Below, piece after piece: positions 37,995-49,780 of a stretch of DNA of 64,000 nt. The stretch lies in contig JAUCBJ010005028.1 in NCBI GenBank assembly GCA_032718475.1, positions 51,450 through 115,449 on the forward strand, written 5' to 3'. The translations under genes were made by a program, and so were the position numbers. Position 1 is the stretch's first letter. The number at the start of each line of letters is the position of its first letter. The notes below the pieces were generated by a model. It was given only the letters and a program-made list of their open reading frames with translations. It did no database searches and was not told where the DNA came from. This DNA comes from Nemertoderma westbladi. Lineage: Eukaryota > Animalia > Xenacoelomorpha.

Positions 37995-40900
37995 CAACAT
38001 ATGGAGTGGGTGTGTGACTCTATTATTTTATATTATTTTATTATTTTTATATTTCTGTATGTATTACTATGTAATTTTATTATAATCGTTTTCTTTAATT
38101 TTATTCAGTAGAATGTTATTTTAGCGATTATTTAGTAGATTAGTGCAATATATATTCGCGTTTATTACTTAATTACGTATATATTATATTTAATGCGACG
38201 GCGAAGAAATAATTATTTTTTCTCTTTCCTTACTGTCCGTATTATATTATAAATACGTAACTACAGTAAGATGAAATGTCCGTACTTATTAAAGTACAAT
38301 AAAGCCACTACTATATTAAAGTATTATTGGTAGGCAGAGTATTAGGAATGCAAAGTTCAGATCCTCGTGTCTCGGCTAAACCAAGCTCTGGGTAGACCTT
38401 GGAAACGACTTGCCTCTTCACACTGACATTGCTTCGTGCGATATTGCTCTCATACCGTATATTAAATAATACATATAGTAGCGTGATGTCCCTTTAACAG
38501 TAGCGTATAACGCGAAATAAATCTGTTAAACCCTTTGACCATCTGTAATTCTAGTCGATTAAGATATCGTGGCACCCACCGATATACTTGAAAGACAAAT
38601 TATAGAATCAGTGGTTAACGTCCCCAGACAAGTTCTGGAATAAATCGGTGCCCATCTCAAATATTAATTATTTAATATTTACAAATCAAATAAGTCAAAA
38701 TCTGTAAAATTCAGATCCTTCAACAATTCTAGTCAATTAAGATATCGTAGCATTTACCGATATTCTTAAAGAGACAATTTTCTTAGAATTAAGGATCTTG
38801 TGTCCCTAGACATGTTCTAGAATCAAAATATGCCCATTTAATAATCAAATAATAAAATTTCAGGGAATAAATTTAAATTCATGTCTTTTAATGAATTTAA
38901 TAAATTGCCATTTTACGCAATTTATAACATTCCCAAAATTCCATTAATTAATAGATCAAGGGAGCGGAGATTTATATTATTATGCGTATGCGTGTACGAA
39001 AGTCTCCCAAACATAGTTAATAGCCGATAAAATTCGTAAAGTCATGTATAAACAGGACATTGACTATTAAAGAATACTATTAAATAACATCCCAGATCTG
39101 TATGCATTGGAATTACCCTAATTCTACCGCTAGCTTTGCATAATGTCACCATAGCAACAACCACGCTAGAATTAGAATTGAGTTAAAAGAACAATAGAAA
39201 GCTTGTCCCATTGAATAGCATAAGGAATAAATAGCGCACTACTAGTATCCAAGAATACATAATAATACAGTGACATTCTGGAAGGCATTGACTAACGGAC
39301 AAATGGCCCGAGTGTGTGTAATTTGTGACAAGTTGTGTGTGTGGTATTTGTGAGTTTATAGGCGAATGTTACTACTAAGGTGTGTTTACAGTAGCTAGTC
39401 GCAATCGTAAAGTAACCTAACTCTCCAAGGAAAACCTGAAGTACATCTAAGCCTTTGGGACGGACAGTCGAGTGACTTGTGCCGGTTGTCGTTGTCGTTG
39501 TGCGGCTACGTCGTTGGCGAAAGTACAGCGGCGACGACACATCGGCGCTGAGGATCTCGTACTGTCCGGGGGTTAATTGGAGTAGGCAGCGACGCTCGCT
39601 AGCCTAAATATAAACTCCTTATAATATGGATAAACTCATATATAGCAGACATGACGGAGTTGATAGAAGATGGTCTTGGTATCGGGGAGCGATATACTCT
39701 ACTTTTACAAGCGTTTGTTGATAGCTTAATACGCGGCGACGTTAGTCCAACTGCTGCAGAGGACGATGGTCGTTATATCGAACCGACAATGTCCCAAGTG
39801 CAGCTCTCGCGAGAGTTGGACTATAGAAAATTCGCTGCTCGATATACGCAGCGTAATGGTACGTATATGGGCTTCTTAACTACTGGTCATTCTATCAATT
39901 TACACAATACGGACTATGTCGACTATATATCCTGCCCAGCGGAGTCGGAACCATAAACTGAAATTCGAATGCGAAAATTCTATTCGAAATCGGCTCGAAA
40001 GAAAAGACATTAAAGAAACAAATAAACGCGGTAACTCCAACATATATTTGGAATTCTTGATAGAAGCATTGTAACAACAAATAAATATCATCCGCGTTTC
40101 CCCTACCAGACGTGCGTCTTTGGTATTATTACGGTAAATGCCCTAGACCCAGCCAATAAACGGAAAGACCTAAACATCCACGGAAACGTTGTGTTAAACA
40201 CAGTTGTGTTCGTTATATTTACTGGAGTTTCGAGCGAAACTTGTTTGACGTATCACCTATGCTCACTCGGCTCGAACGATCCTGGAGTAAACCTATGATC
40301 AGAGTCCCGGAATACTCGGTCAAACCTCCTCATTCCTTAGTTGGACCTCAGACCTGCGATCCTGGTGGTGTCGCGGATCCTCGCGGACGGTATTCACTGT
40401 TCAAGATCTAGTGCTACCCTAACAATTAATCGGTAACACTCCGACAGTGATTTCTAGCTAGCCGCCCATCTTACCTAGCTGGATTATGACGCAGACACCT
40501 AATATCACTATCCAACCGTAAGGTCGTCCCGTTTAACGCGATACAACCCTTCATCAAGGTGAAGGAGAGCGTTGTACGAAACGAGTTAAACGCTATTCTA
40601 TAAAGATCAAAAAAGAAACCTGCGTTTGTTCAGATAAACGTAAGTTATAACAGTAAGTCCAATCGATAAACGAATTGGCCTTATCTCAGTTCGATTGGGA
40701 AACCTCGAATCTCAAAGAAGATATCAAGCTTAGAAAACCCTATTCTCTGCGAGAGTTTTGGACGAACGTATCCCATGACAAGCGGAGGAAAATCAGCTCG
40801 AGGAGAAGCATATCGAAATGGACGAGACACCGACCGTAAACCCAAACCTTAAAGGAATTGACATAATATTGATAATATTGTCAAATTAAATATAAATTAG

Positions 40901-41001
40901 CCAAGTTTTGAATATGAGATAATACTTATTACATTTCGTTATACATCATACAGTACTACACACCAATTTATGGGTTAAGTAAGTAACCATTTGAAAATAA
41001 C

Positions 41002-44000
41002 ATGATTAATATAACAAAAGTTCGACCTATAATTCCTACATTGCGGAGCTATTCCACTAACACCGAAGTTCCCTTTTTCCGCAAGGAAATTCCATTGAAG
41101 TTGAGTTACCTCCATCGTCCGAGTACTAAACCGTTTCTGCGTGAAACTCTGGGAAGTCTCCTCCAAAATCGTGCTGTACAATCCCGCGATGAGGTGGCAT
41201 TTGTGTTCGACGACAAAGATGAATCAATAACCTACGGTGAAGTCTTCGAGGAAGCCGAGAAGTTAGCTAGTGGATTCGTAGAGTTGGGTTTAAAACGCGG
41301 AGATCGTATAGGAATCTATGGAGTAAACACCCGCCAGTGGATGGTCGGCACCTACGCTGCTGCACGGGCCGGTCTGGTTACGGTTAACGTGAATCCCGCC
41401 TTCACTCCCTTGGAAATACGGCAGACACTCAACAAGGTTGGAGTCAGTGCCCTGTTGGCAGACTCAGGCATCCGACACATCAAGTACTACGACTTGCTAT
41501 GCATGGTCCTTCCCGAATTGTCCAGCTCGAAACCTGGAAAATTGGAATCGGAATTAATACCGAGTCTTCGACACGTTATATTTATGGACGAAATATCTCG
41601 CGCTGGTTGCCATACCTACGAAGGGATTAAATCTATTGGTGGCTCGACATCACATGATGAAGTTCTTAAGCTGCAAAAAGTTATTGAACCAGACGATGTT
41701 CTAGTGATTCTCTTTAGTTCTGGTACAACCGGCAACCCAAAAGCGATTCCAGCTTCTCATCATAGTTATATTGAATCCGCGGTGAATTGCGCAAACGCGA
41801 TGGGCCATAGAATCTCTATTTCATGTCCACTTCAGTTTTTCCACGTTTCAGCTTATATCGGCGCGATTGTCAGTCCTGTGTTAAGTGCTTGGAAGATTGT
41901 CGTACCATCACGGCTGTTTGATGCTGAGAAAACCTTAGAAAGCATAGAAAAGCACAAGTGCACTATGATAGGAGCAATTCCTTCTATGTTAGTAGATATC
42001 ATGAAAATATATAAAAACTACGATTTGACATCCCTGAAGAGTTGTTTCATTGGAGGTATGCCCATTGCTGAGACATTTTTTATTGATGTCGCTGATAAAT
42101 TAGAATTAACATCGCCTCTCCGGGCTTATGGCATGACGGAAATCGGAGTTGCGCTCACCAGTGCCGGATTAAGCCTTTGGTGGCCCTAAGGCACATTTGA
42201 GTAATTTCCAAAAATGGCCCGAAAATTTATATTTTTCCGCAAACCCTTTCAAAAGAAAAGCTGCTAAAAACAACTGAAATTGTGAAAATGTTGTGAAGGA
42301 AATATAAAGTATTTTCGTCGGATTACTGCGTGCAAATAAGTACTAAGTACTAAGTACTAACTACACTTCGCAAAAATAGTTTTCATCAAGAATTTTTAAC
42401 ATTCCTAAACGGCATATTATGCCTATAAATCCTTTGTTATAAAATGTGTAATGGTTTTGGTAGAACTTCTCTCTTCTAGAAGATTCTAGAAGATCCAAAT
42501 GGCCATATTTTACTAAACCAACGATAGTAGTCCTAAAGCTGCTGAACATTTTGTATATTGGATGACAATTGAATAGTAGGGAATTTAGTGATGAAAAAAG
42601 TAAAAAATCGACAAACTGATAAAAAGGTTGTTTTATATAGAGAATCATAAATATCAGCAATATAATATTATGTTGTTGAAAAGAGCAGTTTTGAGGTCAA
42701 AATATAATTCACTGTTGAAAACCGACATCACCTTATGAAAGCCCTTCTATCAAACTACAAAAAATGGTGTAAATTTTCGAAAATTTCATTTCTGTGGTGG
42801 TTAGAGTTGGCCCCCTTAAGGCTGACTGGCCCCTGTAGGCATTTAGCAATTTTGATCGGATCTTGGGAATGTGTTATTTATTTGCTGTAGGTTTCGCAGG
42901 GTACTTATCTTTACAGGACTTGCTGAGAAATATAACACACCAAAAGTGTGGGCTTAGTGCAAAGATATAATATTTTTGATCTAGATTTTGACTTGCTGAG
43001 AAAGTAATGTTCTTCGATAAGAGAACAGTCTCGGAAATAAGCACTTTTTGTCGCTAATTTTAATTTACCCAAATTCAATTGTGCTGTCCGAGAGTTTTAG
43101 GTTTTGCAGGAATTGCACCTAAAATGCCATCGAATGCAAAATTCAATACACGAGGGCAGAACATCCGAATTTCGGTTAAATTAAATTAAATTAGTGACAA
43201 GAAGTTATTTCTGAAATTATTTCTTTTTTTGATCAACAACTATTTTCTCTACAACTAATTTATCCTTTTTTTTTTATCTATTAGGGCCTATATTTATAAA
43301 ACTAGTTACCGGTAAAAAAAAATTAATTTCGCACTACCATATCTCCACGCCATGCATTTACTATGTACAGTATTTCCAGTATGTCATTATTTGGTTGTTC
43401 TAGAATGTTTAAGAGCATATAACTACAAATAATTCCCCACAAATAAATAAAATTAAATTCTCCATTGTTCATAATTAGCACTTTAAAGTTTTACTGCCCA
43501 TGTTTTATTATTTCCCTGCCATCAGGTCTCGAACTAATAACACAGCACCTGTCGGTCGACTGAGCTAGAATTTTGCACTTTCTATCACAAATTTAGGGAT
43601 AGAAAGTAGTCGAAAGATGCACTTTCTTGCTCTGTTTCCGGACTTTTCAGATAAAAATATTTTTTTCACGGGAATGACTGGCAAAAAAAAAATGGCCCGG
43701 ATTTTCGGCTGGCCCTAAGGCACGTGCCTTATATGCCTTAAGGTTAATCCGGCACTGGCGCTCACTGGTGATTGGCGAGATTCTAAGACAATGCTGCTTC
43801 ATAATGACGGTTATCTTTTGGAGGGATTGGAAGTTAAATTAATCGGTAAGAGCGGGGAAACTGTACCAGTAAACACTCTCGGTGAGCTCTGCTTTAGAGG
43901 ACATTCAGTGTTTGCAGGTTACTGGGAGAATGAAGAGAAGACGAGAGAATCGATGGAATCCAATGGATGGTTTAAAACCGGGGACTTGGGGACAATGGAT

Positions 44001-44360
44001 GAAAACGGCTACGTGAACATCGTAAGTCGAGTAAAAGATCTAATTATAAGGGGAGGGGATAATGTTTTTGCGATTGATATTGAGGATGTTCTACTAAATC
44101 ACCCAGGGATTAAATACGTCAGCGTATTCGGCGTACCGGACCAGCGACTGGGAGAGAAGGTTGCCGTTGCGGTTCAACTTAAAGAAGAAGTTTCGATGAG
44201 TGAAGACGAAGTTAAAGATTACGTGAAAGAGAGGATGGCTCGCTACAAAGTTCCAGAATACGTGAGATTTGTGGATGACTTTCCTTTTAATACTATAGGT
44301 AAAGTGAAGAAATTTATGTTGCAGGATGACTTTATTAAGCACTTTAACATTCATCCATAA
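41002..44360 (+). CDS. ACSF2-like medium-chain acyl-CoA ligase, intronless, interrupted by a hAT insertion (41002-42158 + 43766-44360 = 583 aa)
   Basis: Motifs FSSGTTGNPK, AYGMTE, GELCFRG, GWFKTGDLG and IVSRVKDLIIRGG. The halves rejoin in frame (GVALT|GDWRD). The N-terminus resembles a mitochondrial transit peptide. Confidence 0.88.
42159..43757. mobile_element. Non-autonomous hAT element (Tip100-like termini), 1599 bp
   Basis: TIR CAGTGCCGGATTAA / TTAATCCGGCACTG, 8-bp TSD GCGCTCAC, and subterminal TGGCCC repeats. Confidence 0.92.
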
Positions 44361-45841
44361 ATGGACTCACTACCAACATGATATGTTCTACAGTATTTTA
44401 GATAATTTGTTTTAAACTGTCAGCGTTGCATTTTAGTTTGTGAGAAATGCTCACCACGCATTATAAGTTGGAATGAAAACAAAAACTATCAAATAATCAG
44501 TTTTTCGTTTAAAATGCTATATTGATGATCGTATTACTAACTCTTGTTTCAAATTATCTGCACGTATATTTTTAGGTAATAATTATTGATTACGAAATTA
44601 AAACATTATTGGATTGTACCGGTACATGTAAACAGTACATACGTAGTCCTATGTATACTGCTACTTACTTCTTATTTATTATATAGAGTTTACAGCTGTA
44701 GGCCTATGTAAGTAGAAATTAGTGTCAACAGTATGAGAATAGAAAATATTTTATAGTATTAAATTTATTATATTGTGTTAATGTATTTCCAGATAACGTA
44801 AAAAGTAAATTACATGCACTAAAACGTTAAAATTAATTTAAAATCCGATTTTAATTTAATATTAAGGTTGTTTGGGGGGGGGGGGGACTCTTGCCTGTTG
44901 GTTCAATCAACGTCCTTCCTTTCCAGAGTAAAATTGATGCAAATAAGAACAGATTCCCCTAAAAAATTTACTGTAACCGGGGCTATGTACTTCGTATATT
45001 AATAAATTGTAATAGATACACCCACAAACGGGGTAAAATGGCAGACAATATAAAATATGAACGGAGAGACATAACTTGAATTTGTTCAACATTTCCTCCC
45101 ATTATCATAAAGGTTTTCCCTTCTGTATAAAATAAACATTAATTTAAACAAAATATTCAAATGAATTAAATGAGGCAGCCAACTAACTACAAGATTGCGT
45201 ATAGATTGCATATAAGTGTTGTTATAAATTATTTATTTAAAAAAGAGTTTAAAAACTTGCCCATTGATAAAGCGATTTATTATTCTTTGTGCAGTCTGTT
45301 GTTAAGTGATACAGCTCTGCCGTATTCCCGCAAAAACTGCAGAGGCAACTTGAAGATGGGAGATGAAAACCTTTGAGACATAAAAGATGGTGAAAACCGT
45401 GGCAGCTGTAGCGAGTCACAATGTGGCGTTTTGGTTGCAAGCAATCCATCCAGCTCCTGTCTGTGAAGGCTATGGAAGACCAGTAATAAGTCCAATGTAA
45501 CTTTGTACAACTGGAAAGCGTCTGTATAATCGAGTCTGAGCTGAGATTGCAATGAGACACGAATCGGTTGACGATTACATAGAGTAAATACTAGGCGGTT
45601 GCGGGTCGTTTTGTGCAGTCCCAGGCAGCGTTTCAGAAAGGTGGCTTCGATTTTGTTTATGTTTTTAAAGTCTCTAGGGATCATATGTTGCAGTAATTAG
45701 TCAAACCGCAGGTGAATATGGGTTTAATTTGTATCTCAAAAAGACGTATAGCGGTTGATAATGAAAGATTTCTTGGCGATTTTATCGAATATATTGATGT
45801 CAGAGCTTTACACATAATGTTGACTACATGCAAGTTAAATG

Positions 45842-47581
45842 CATAGCCTCGTTTAACATTGCCACTGGGCGGCACTTTTGCCGCCTAGTTGAATTAATAT
45901 GCCGCCCAGTCAAGCCAGGAATGCCTTCAAAATTGAATCAAACTATACTGATAAATAAATTAAAAATAGTTCGTTTAATCTTTATGCACTAAACTTTGTT
46001 CCTCAACATTCTAAACGTTGTTAGTTTAACCGCTGTCATATCCTAACATTTTTTCCTCAGATAGTTTAACCGCTGTCATATTACTCAGTTAGTTTAATCG
46101 CTATCCTAACCGTTGTTGTTTCTCAATTAGTTTATCCGATGTCCTAACCTTTGTTCCTTAGTTACTATAACCGCTGTCCCAACCTTTGTTCCTCAGTTAG
46201 TTTAACCGCTGTCCTAACCTTTGTTCATCAATTAGTTTAATCAGTTAATATATCCGCTGTCCCAACCTTTGTTCCTTAGTTAGTATAACCGCTGTCCCAA
46301 CCTTTGTTCCTCAGTTAGTTTAACCGCTGTCCTAACCTTTGTTCATCAGTTAGTTTAACCGGTTTTATAACCTTTGTTCCTCAGTTAGTTTAACTGCTGT
46401 CCTAACCTTTGTTCATCAGTTAGTTTAACCGGGTTTCTAACCTTTATTCCACAGTTAGTTTAATCAGTTAGTGTAACCGCTGTCCCAACCTTTGTTCCTC
46501 AGTTAGTTTAACAGCTGCCCTAACCTTTGTTCATCCGTTAGTTTAACCGGTTTTGTAACCTTTGTTCCTCAGTTAGTTTAACTGCTGTCCTAACCTTTGT
46601 TCATCAGTTAGTTTAATCAGTTAATATATCCGCTGTCCCAACCTTTGTTCCTTAGTTAGTATAACCGCTGTCCCAACCTTTGTTCCTCAGTTAGTTTAAC
46701 CGCTGTCCTAACCTTTGTTCATCAGTTAGTTTAACCGGTTTTATAACCTTTGTTCCTCAGTTAGTTTAACTGCTGTCCTAACCTTTGTTCATCAGTTAGT
46801 TTAACCGGGTTTCTAACCTTTATTCCACAGTTAGTTTAATCAGTTAGTGTAACCGCTGTCCCAACCTTTGTTCCTCAGTTAGTTTAACAGCTGCCCTAAC
46901 CTTTGTTCATCCGTTAGTTTAACCGGTTTTGTAACCTTTGTTCCTCAGTTAGTTTAACTGCTGTCCTAACCTTTGTTCATCAGTTAGTTTAACCGGGTTT
47001 CTAACCTTTATTCCACAGTTAGTTTAATCATTTAGTATAACCGCTCTCCCAACATTTGTTCATCAGTTAGTTTAACTGCTGTCCTATCCTAACCTTTGTT
47101 CATCAGTTAGTTTAACCGGTTTTATAACCTTTGTTCCTTAGTTAGTTTAACCGCTGTCCTAACCTTTGTTCATCAGTTAGTTTAACCGGGTTTCTAACCT
47201 TTATTCCACAGTTAGTTTAATCATTTAGTATAACCGCTCTCCCAACCTTTGTTCATCAGTTGGTTTAACTGCTGTCCGATCCTAACCTTTGTTCCACAGT
47301 TAGTTTAACCGGGGTTCTAACCTTTGTTCTTCAGTTAGTTAAACAGCTGTCCCAACCTTTCCTTTGTTCCACAGATAGTTTAACCAATGTGTTAACATTT
47401 GATCCTCCTCAGTTAGTTTAACTGCTGTTGTCCTAACTTTTGTTCATTAGTTAGTTTAACCGCTGCCCTAACCTCTGTTCCTCAGTTGTTCCTTCTCTCA
47501 GTAGTTTGACCTTAATTTCATAACCTACTTTGCATTACAGAATATGTGCCGCCCAGTGAAAAATGCTTAAAAGAGGCTATG
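45842..47581. mobile_element. TIR element (P- or hAT-type) filled with a ~31-bp minisatellite
   Basis: Imperfect ~35-bp TIRs CATAGCCTC...CACTGGGCGGCAC, 8-bp TSD GTTAAATG, and interior unit CCTTTGTTCCTCAGTTAGTTTAACCGCTGTCCTAA. Confidence 0.85.
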
Positions 47582-47869
47582 GTTAAATGACAAGCGGGTT
47601 GATAGAGTTATACCTAAATATTTGTAAATGGTGGTTATACGAACTGAATTCCCGCTATATGTGAATTTATCTAAGCTGCTTAAGCGTCCGCCTCGGCGAA
47701 ACTTTATTATTTCTGTTTTGGTAAGGCATGCTTCTAAACCGTTAAGCTTAGCTACTGCATCAATACAATTCTTAATAAGGAATGATCTGGCCCTGATTAC
47801 CGGTGGAAACATAACGCCAAGGGTAGTATGCAGAAAGATCTTTTTCAGGTAACCAAAAAGAGTTTAATC

Positions 47870-47931
47870 GCCAAATATTTCAACCACGTATAATAAATAA
47901 CAATATTATACTTCAGGCCTTCATCAGTGGC
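47870..47931 (-). ncRNA. Minimal type I hammerhead ribozyme (mirror copy)
   Basis: Reverse complement of 48023-48084. Confidence 0.75.
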
Positions 47932-48022
47932 TAACACGGCAATGCTACAACTATAAGAACTACCGGCAGTAATTAGTGCTGTTGGTGCCGGTAGTTCTTA
48001 TAGTTGTAGCATTGCCGTGTTA

Positions 48023-48084
48023 GCCACTGATGAAGGCCTGAAGTATAATATTGTTATTTATTATACGTGGTTGAAATATTTGGC
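48023..48084 (+). ncRNA. Minimal type I hammerhead ribozyme
   Basis: GCCA-CUGAUGA-A-GGCC...GGUU-GAAA-UA-UU-UGGC. Helix I is GCCA/UGGC, helix II is GGCC/GGUU, and the palindrome AAAUAUUU replaces helix III. Confidence 0.75.
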
Positions 48085-48999
48085 GATTAAACTCTTTTTG
48101 GTTACCTGAAAAAGATCTTTCTGCATACTACCCTTGGCGTCAATACAATTCTGGAGCGCATCCCGTGAATCTGTGGAGAAAACTACATCGTCGGCAAATA
48201 GATTCGGAGACAAAATTCACTTAATCAGATTATACATTTTACCTTTGATGTTATACTGGATTCTTAGCTTCGCTAGTAGTCTTTCACGGGGGATCGTATC
48301 AAAAGCTTTTCTAAAATCGATAAATATCACGTAAAGCGGATTTTTTGGACGAGAAAGTTTACTGGAGATCCTCTTTATCAGGAGTGAAATCGGTCCAAAC
48401 GTTGATCTTCCGCACATAAACCCATATTGTTCATTTGGAATATGTGAATCTAAGTATTTTCGTAATCTTCTTCCGACGAAGCCAGTGAGAATGGGTTAAA
48501 CAACAGTGCGATGCCTCTGTAATTGTCTGCTTCTTCTCGGCTGCCTTTACCTTTATATAGTACCTTAATCAAACTTTCCTTCCAAGATTTAATTCCACTA
48601 CCGGCGTTGAAACAATTAATGTTGAAGAAGGTTGTCCACAAGATTAGGGTAATCGGGAGAGCGGCTTTAAGTATTTCGTAAGGCAACCATTATTCGGGTC
48701 CTCCACATTTACCATTACCATACTGTTTCGCAACTTCTTCTTCCGTGAAGTTGTCATTTCACAAAGAATAATAAATCGCTTTATCAATGGGCAAGTTTTT
48801 AAGCTCTTTTTTAAATAAATATTTTATAACTCTTAAACATATTAAATTAAATTAATATTTTGTGCTTTTACTGTAGTACACTAATGCCTCCACTTGGCTT
48901 GATTATTATTATTATATAAGTGTTGTTCAACATGTTGGTCAAGTATAAGACTTATTTTGATAAACTCGTGTTCTCTTCATCAGGTCATCATCATCAGAA

Positions 49000-49480
49000 T
49001 GTACAATCCTTGAATGTCCTGGTGATCACGTAGGAGTCTTCTGAGATCTAGGATATTGGATTCGGAGATCTGCTGAAGATCGAAGATCCCCAAATACGAG
49101 ATTCGGTTACCACTTATTCCGGGCAGCAGTAGAGTCTGTGGTGTTATACGGCAGTCTATGTTGGGCTCTTACTGCATAAGACACCGATCCCTTGGTGGTA
49201 GGCCTACATACACAGATGCTGCGCAGTGCATGGGTCATGCGGAATATGACAAAATGCTTACTTGACAAACCAGAGACTTATATACAATCTCATCAGTATC
49301 CTCTTATTGCCAAAACGAATCAATTCGCATTAGTTTATTTTCCGGCTTTGGTGAACTGATAAGCTTGTGCGTGAACGATACTGCAGTCCGGTTGTGGGAG
49401 GAACCGTGAGGCCTATTCAGTTGTTGACATTCCTGAAAGTCTGTTAATAGAAACTGGTCTTTCACGCGATGAATTGGGGA
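49000..49480 (+). mobile_element. Degenerate RTE-like LINE fragment
   Basis: LFRAAVESVVLYGSLCWALT...QMLR resembles the post-RT region of RTE elements. Confidence 0.55.
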
Positions 49481-49780
49481 TTAAACACTGCTGATTGTTA
49501 ATTGTGTAGGTGTTGCGTTGCAAAGGATGTCAGAAATACATCCTGGTTGTGAATGGGTCAAAGGCAGCCAGCAAGCAATCTTGGTGGTATGGGTCGATAT
49601 AATATGTACGTGGGGCGAGCCATGAAGTCTAGGTGAGCCTTTGGATAAAGGCATAATTATTAGTTCACTAATAACTCGGTCAATCATTGACGAAATCGAA
49701 TCAAACTTGGTACACATGAAGTCTATTAAAACCTTCAAAAGTTTAAAGATTATACAAACAAGCAGACTTTTATAGTTCTA

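Larger units (their letters stand above)
47773..48140. mobile_element. Penelope-like pseudo-LTR inverted-repeat insert
   Basis: 155-bp arms at 47814-47968 and 47986-48140 with a 17-bp spacer. TSD CAATACAATTCT (47761-47772 / 48141-48152). Each arm holds a hammerhead. Confidence 0.8.
44900..48760 (-). mobile_element. Decayed non-LTR retrotransposon (RT region), interrupted by two nested inserts
   Basis: Fragments DNYRGIALL, FIDFRKAFDTIPR, LFADDVV, YKYLGITL and FLKRCLGL. The frame rejoins across both inserts. Confidence 0.85.

Noticed and set aside
38000-38100. 3' LTR after a PPT-like GGAGTGGGTG
   Set aside because: No matching 5' copy found in the window.
42159-43757. Introner-type precise splicing of the hAT insert
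   Set aside because: No AG acceptor at the right terminus or TSD to restore the frame.
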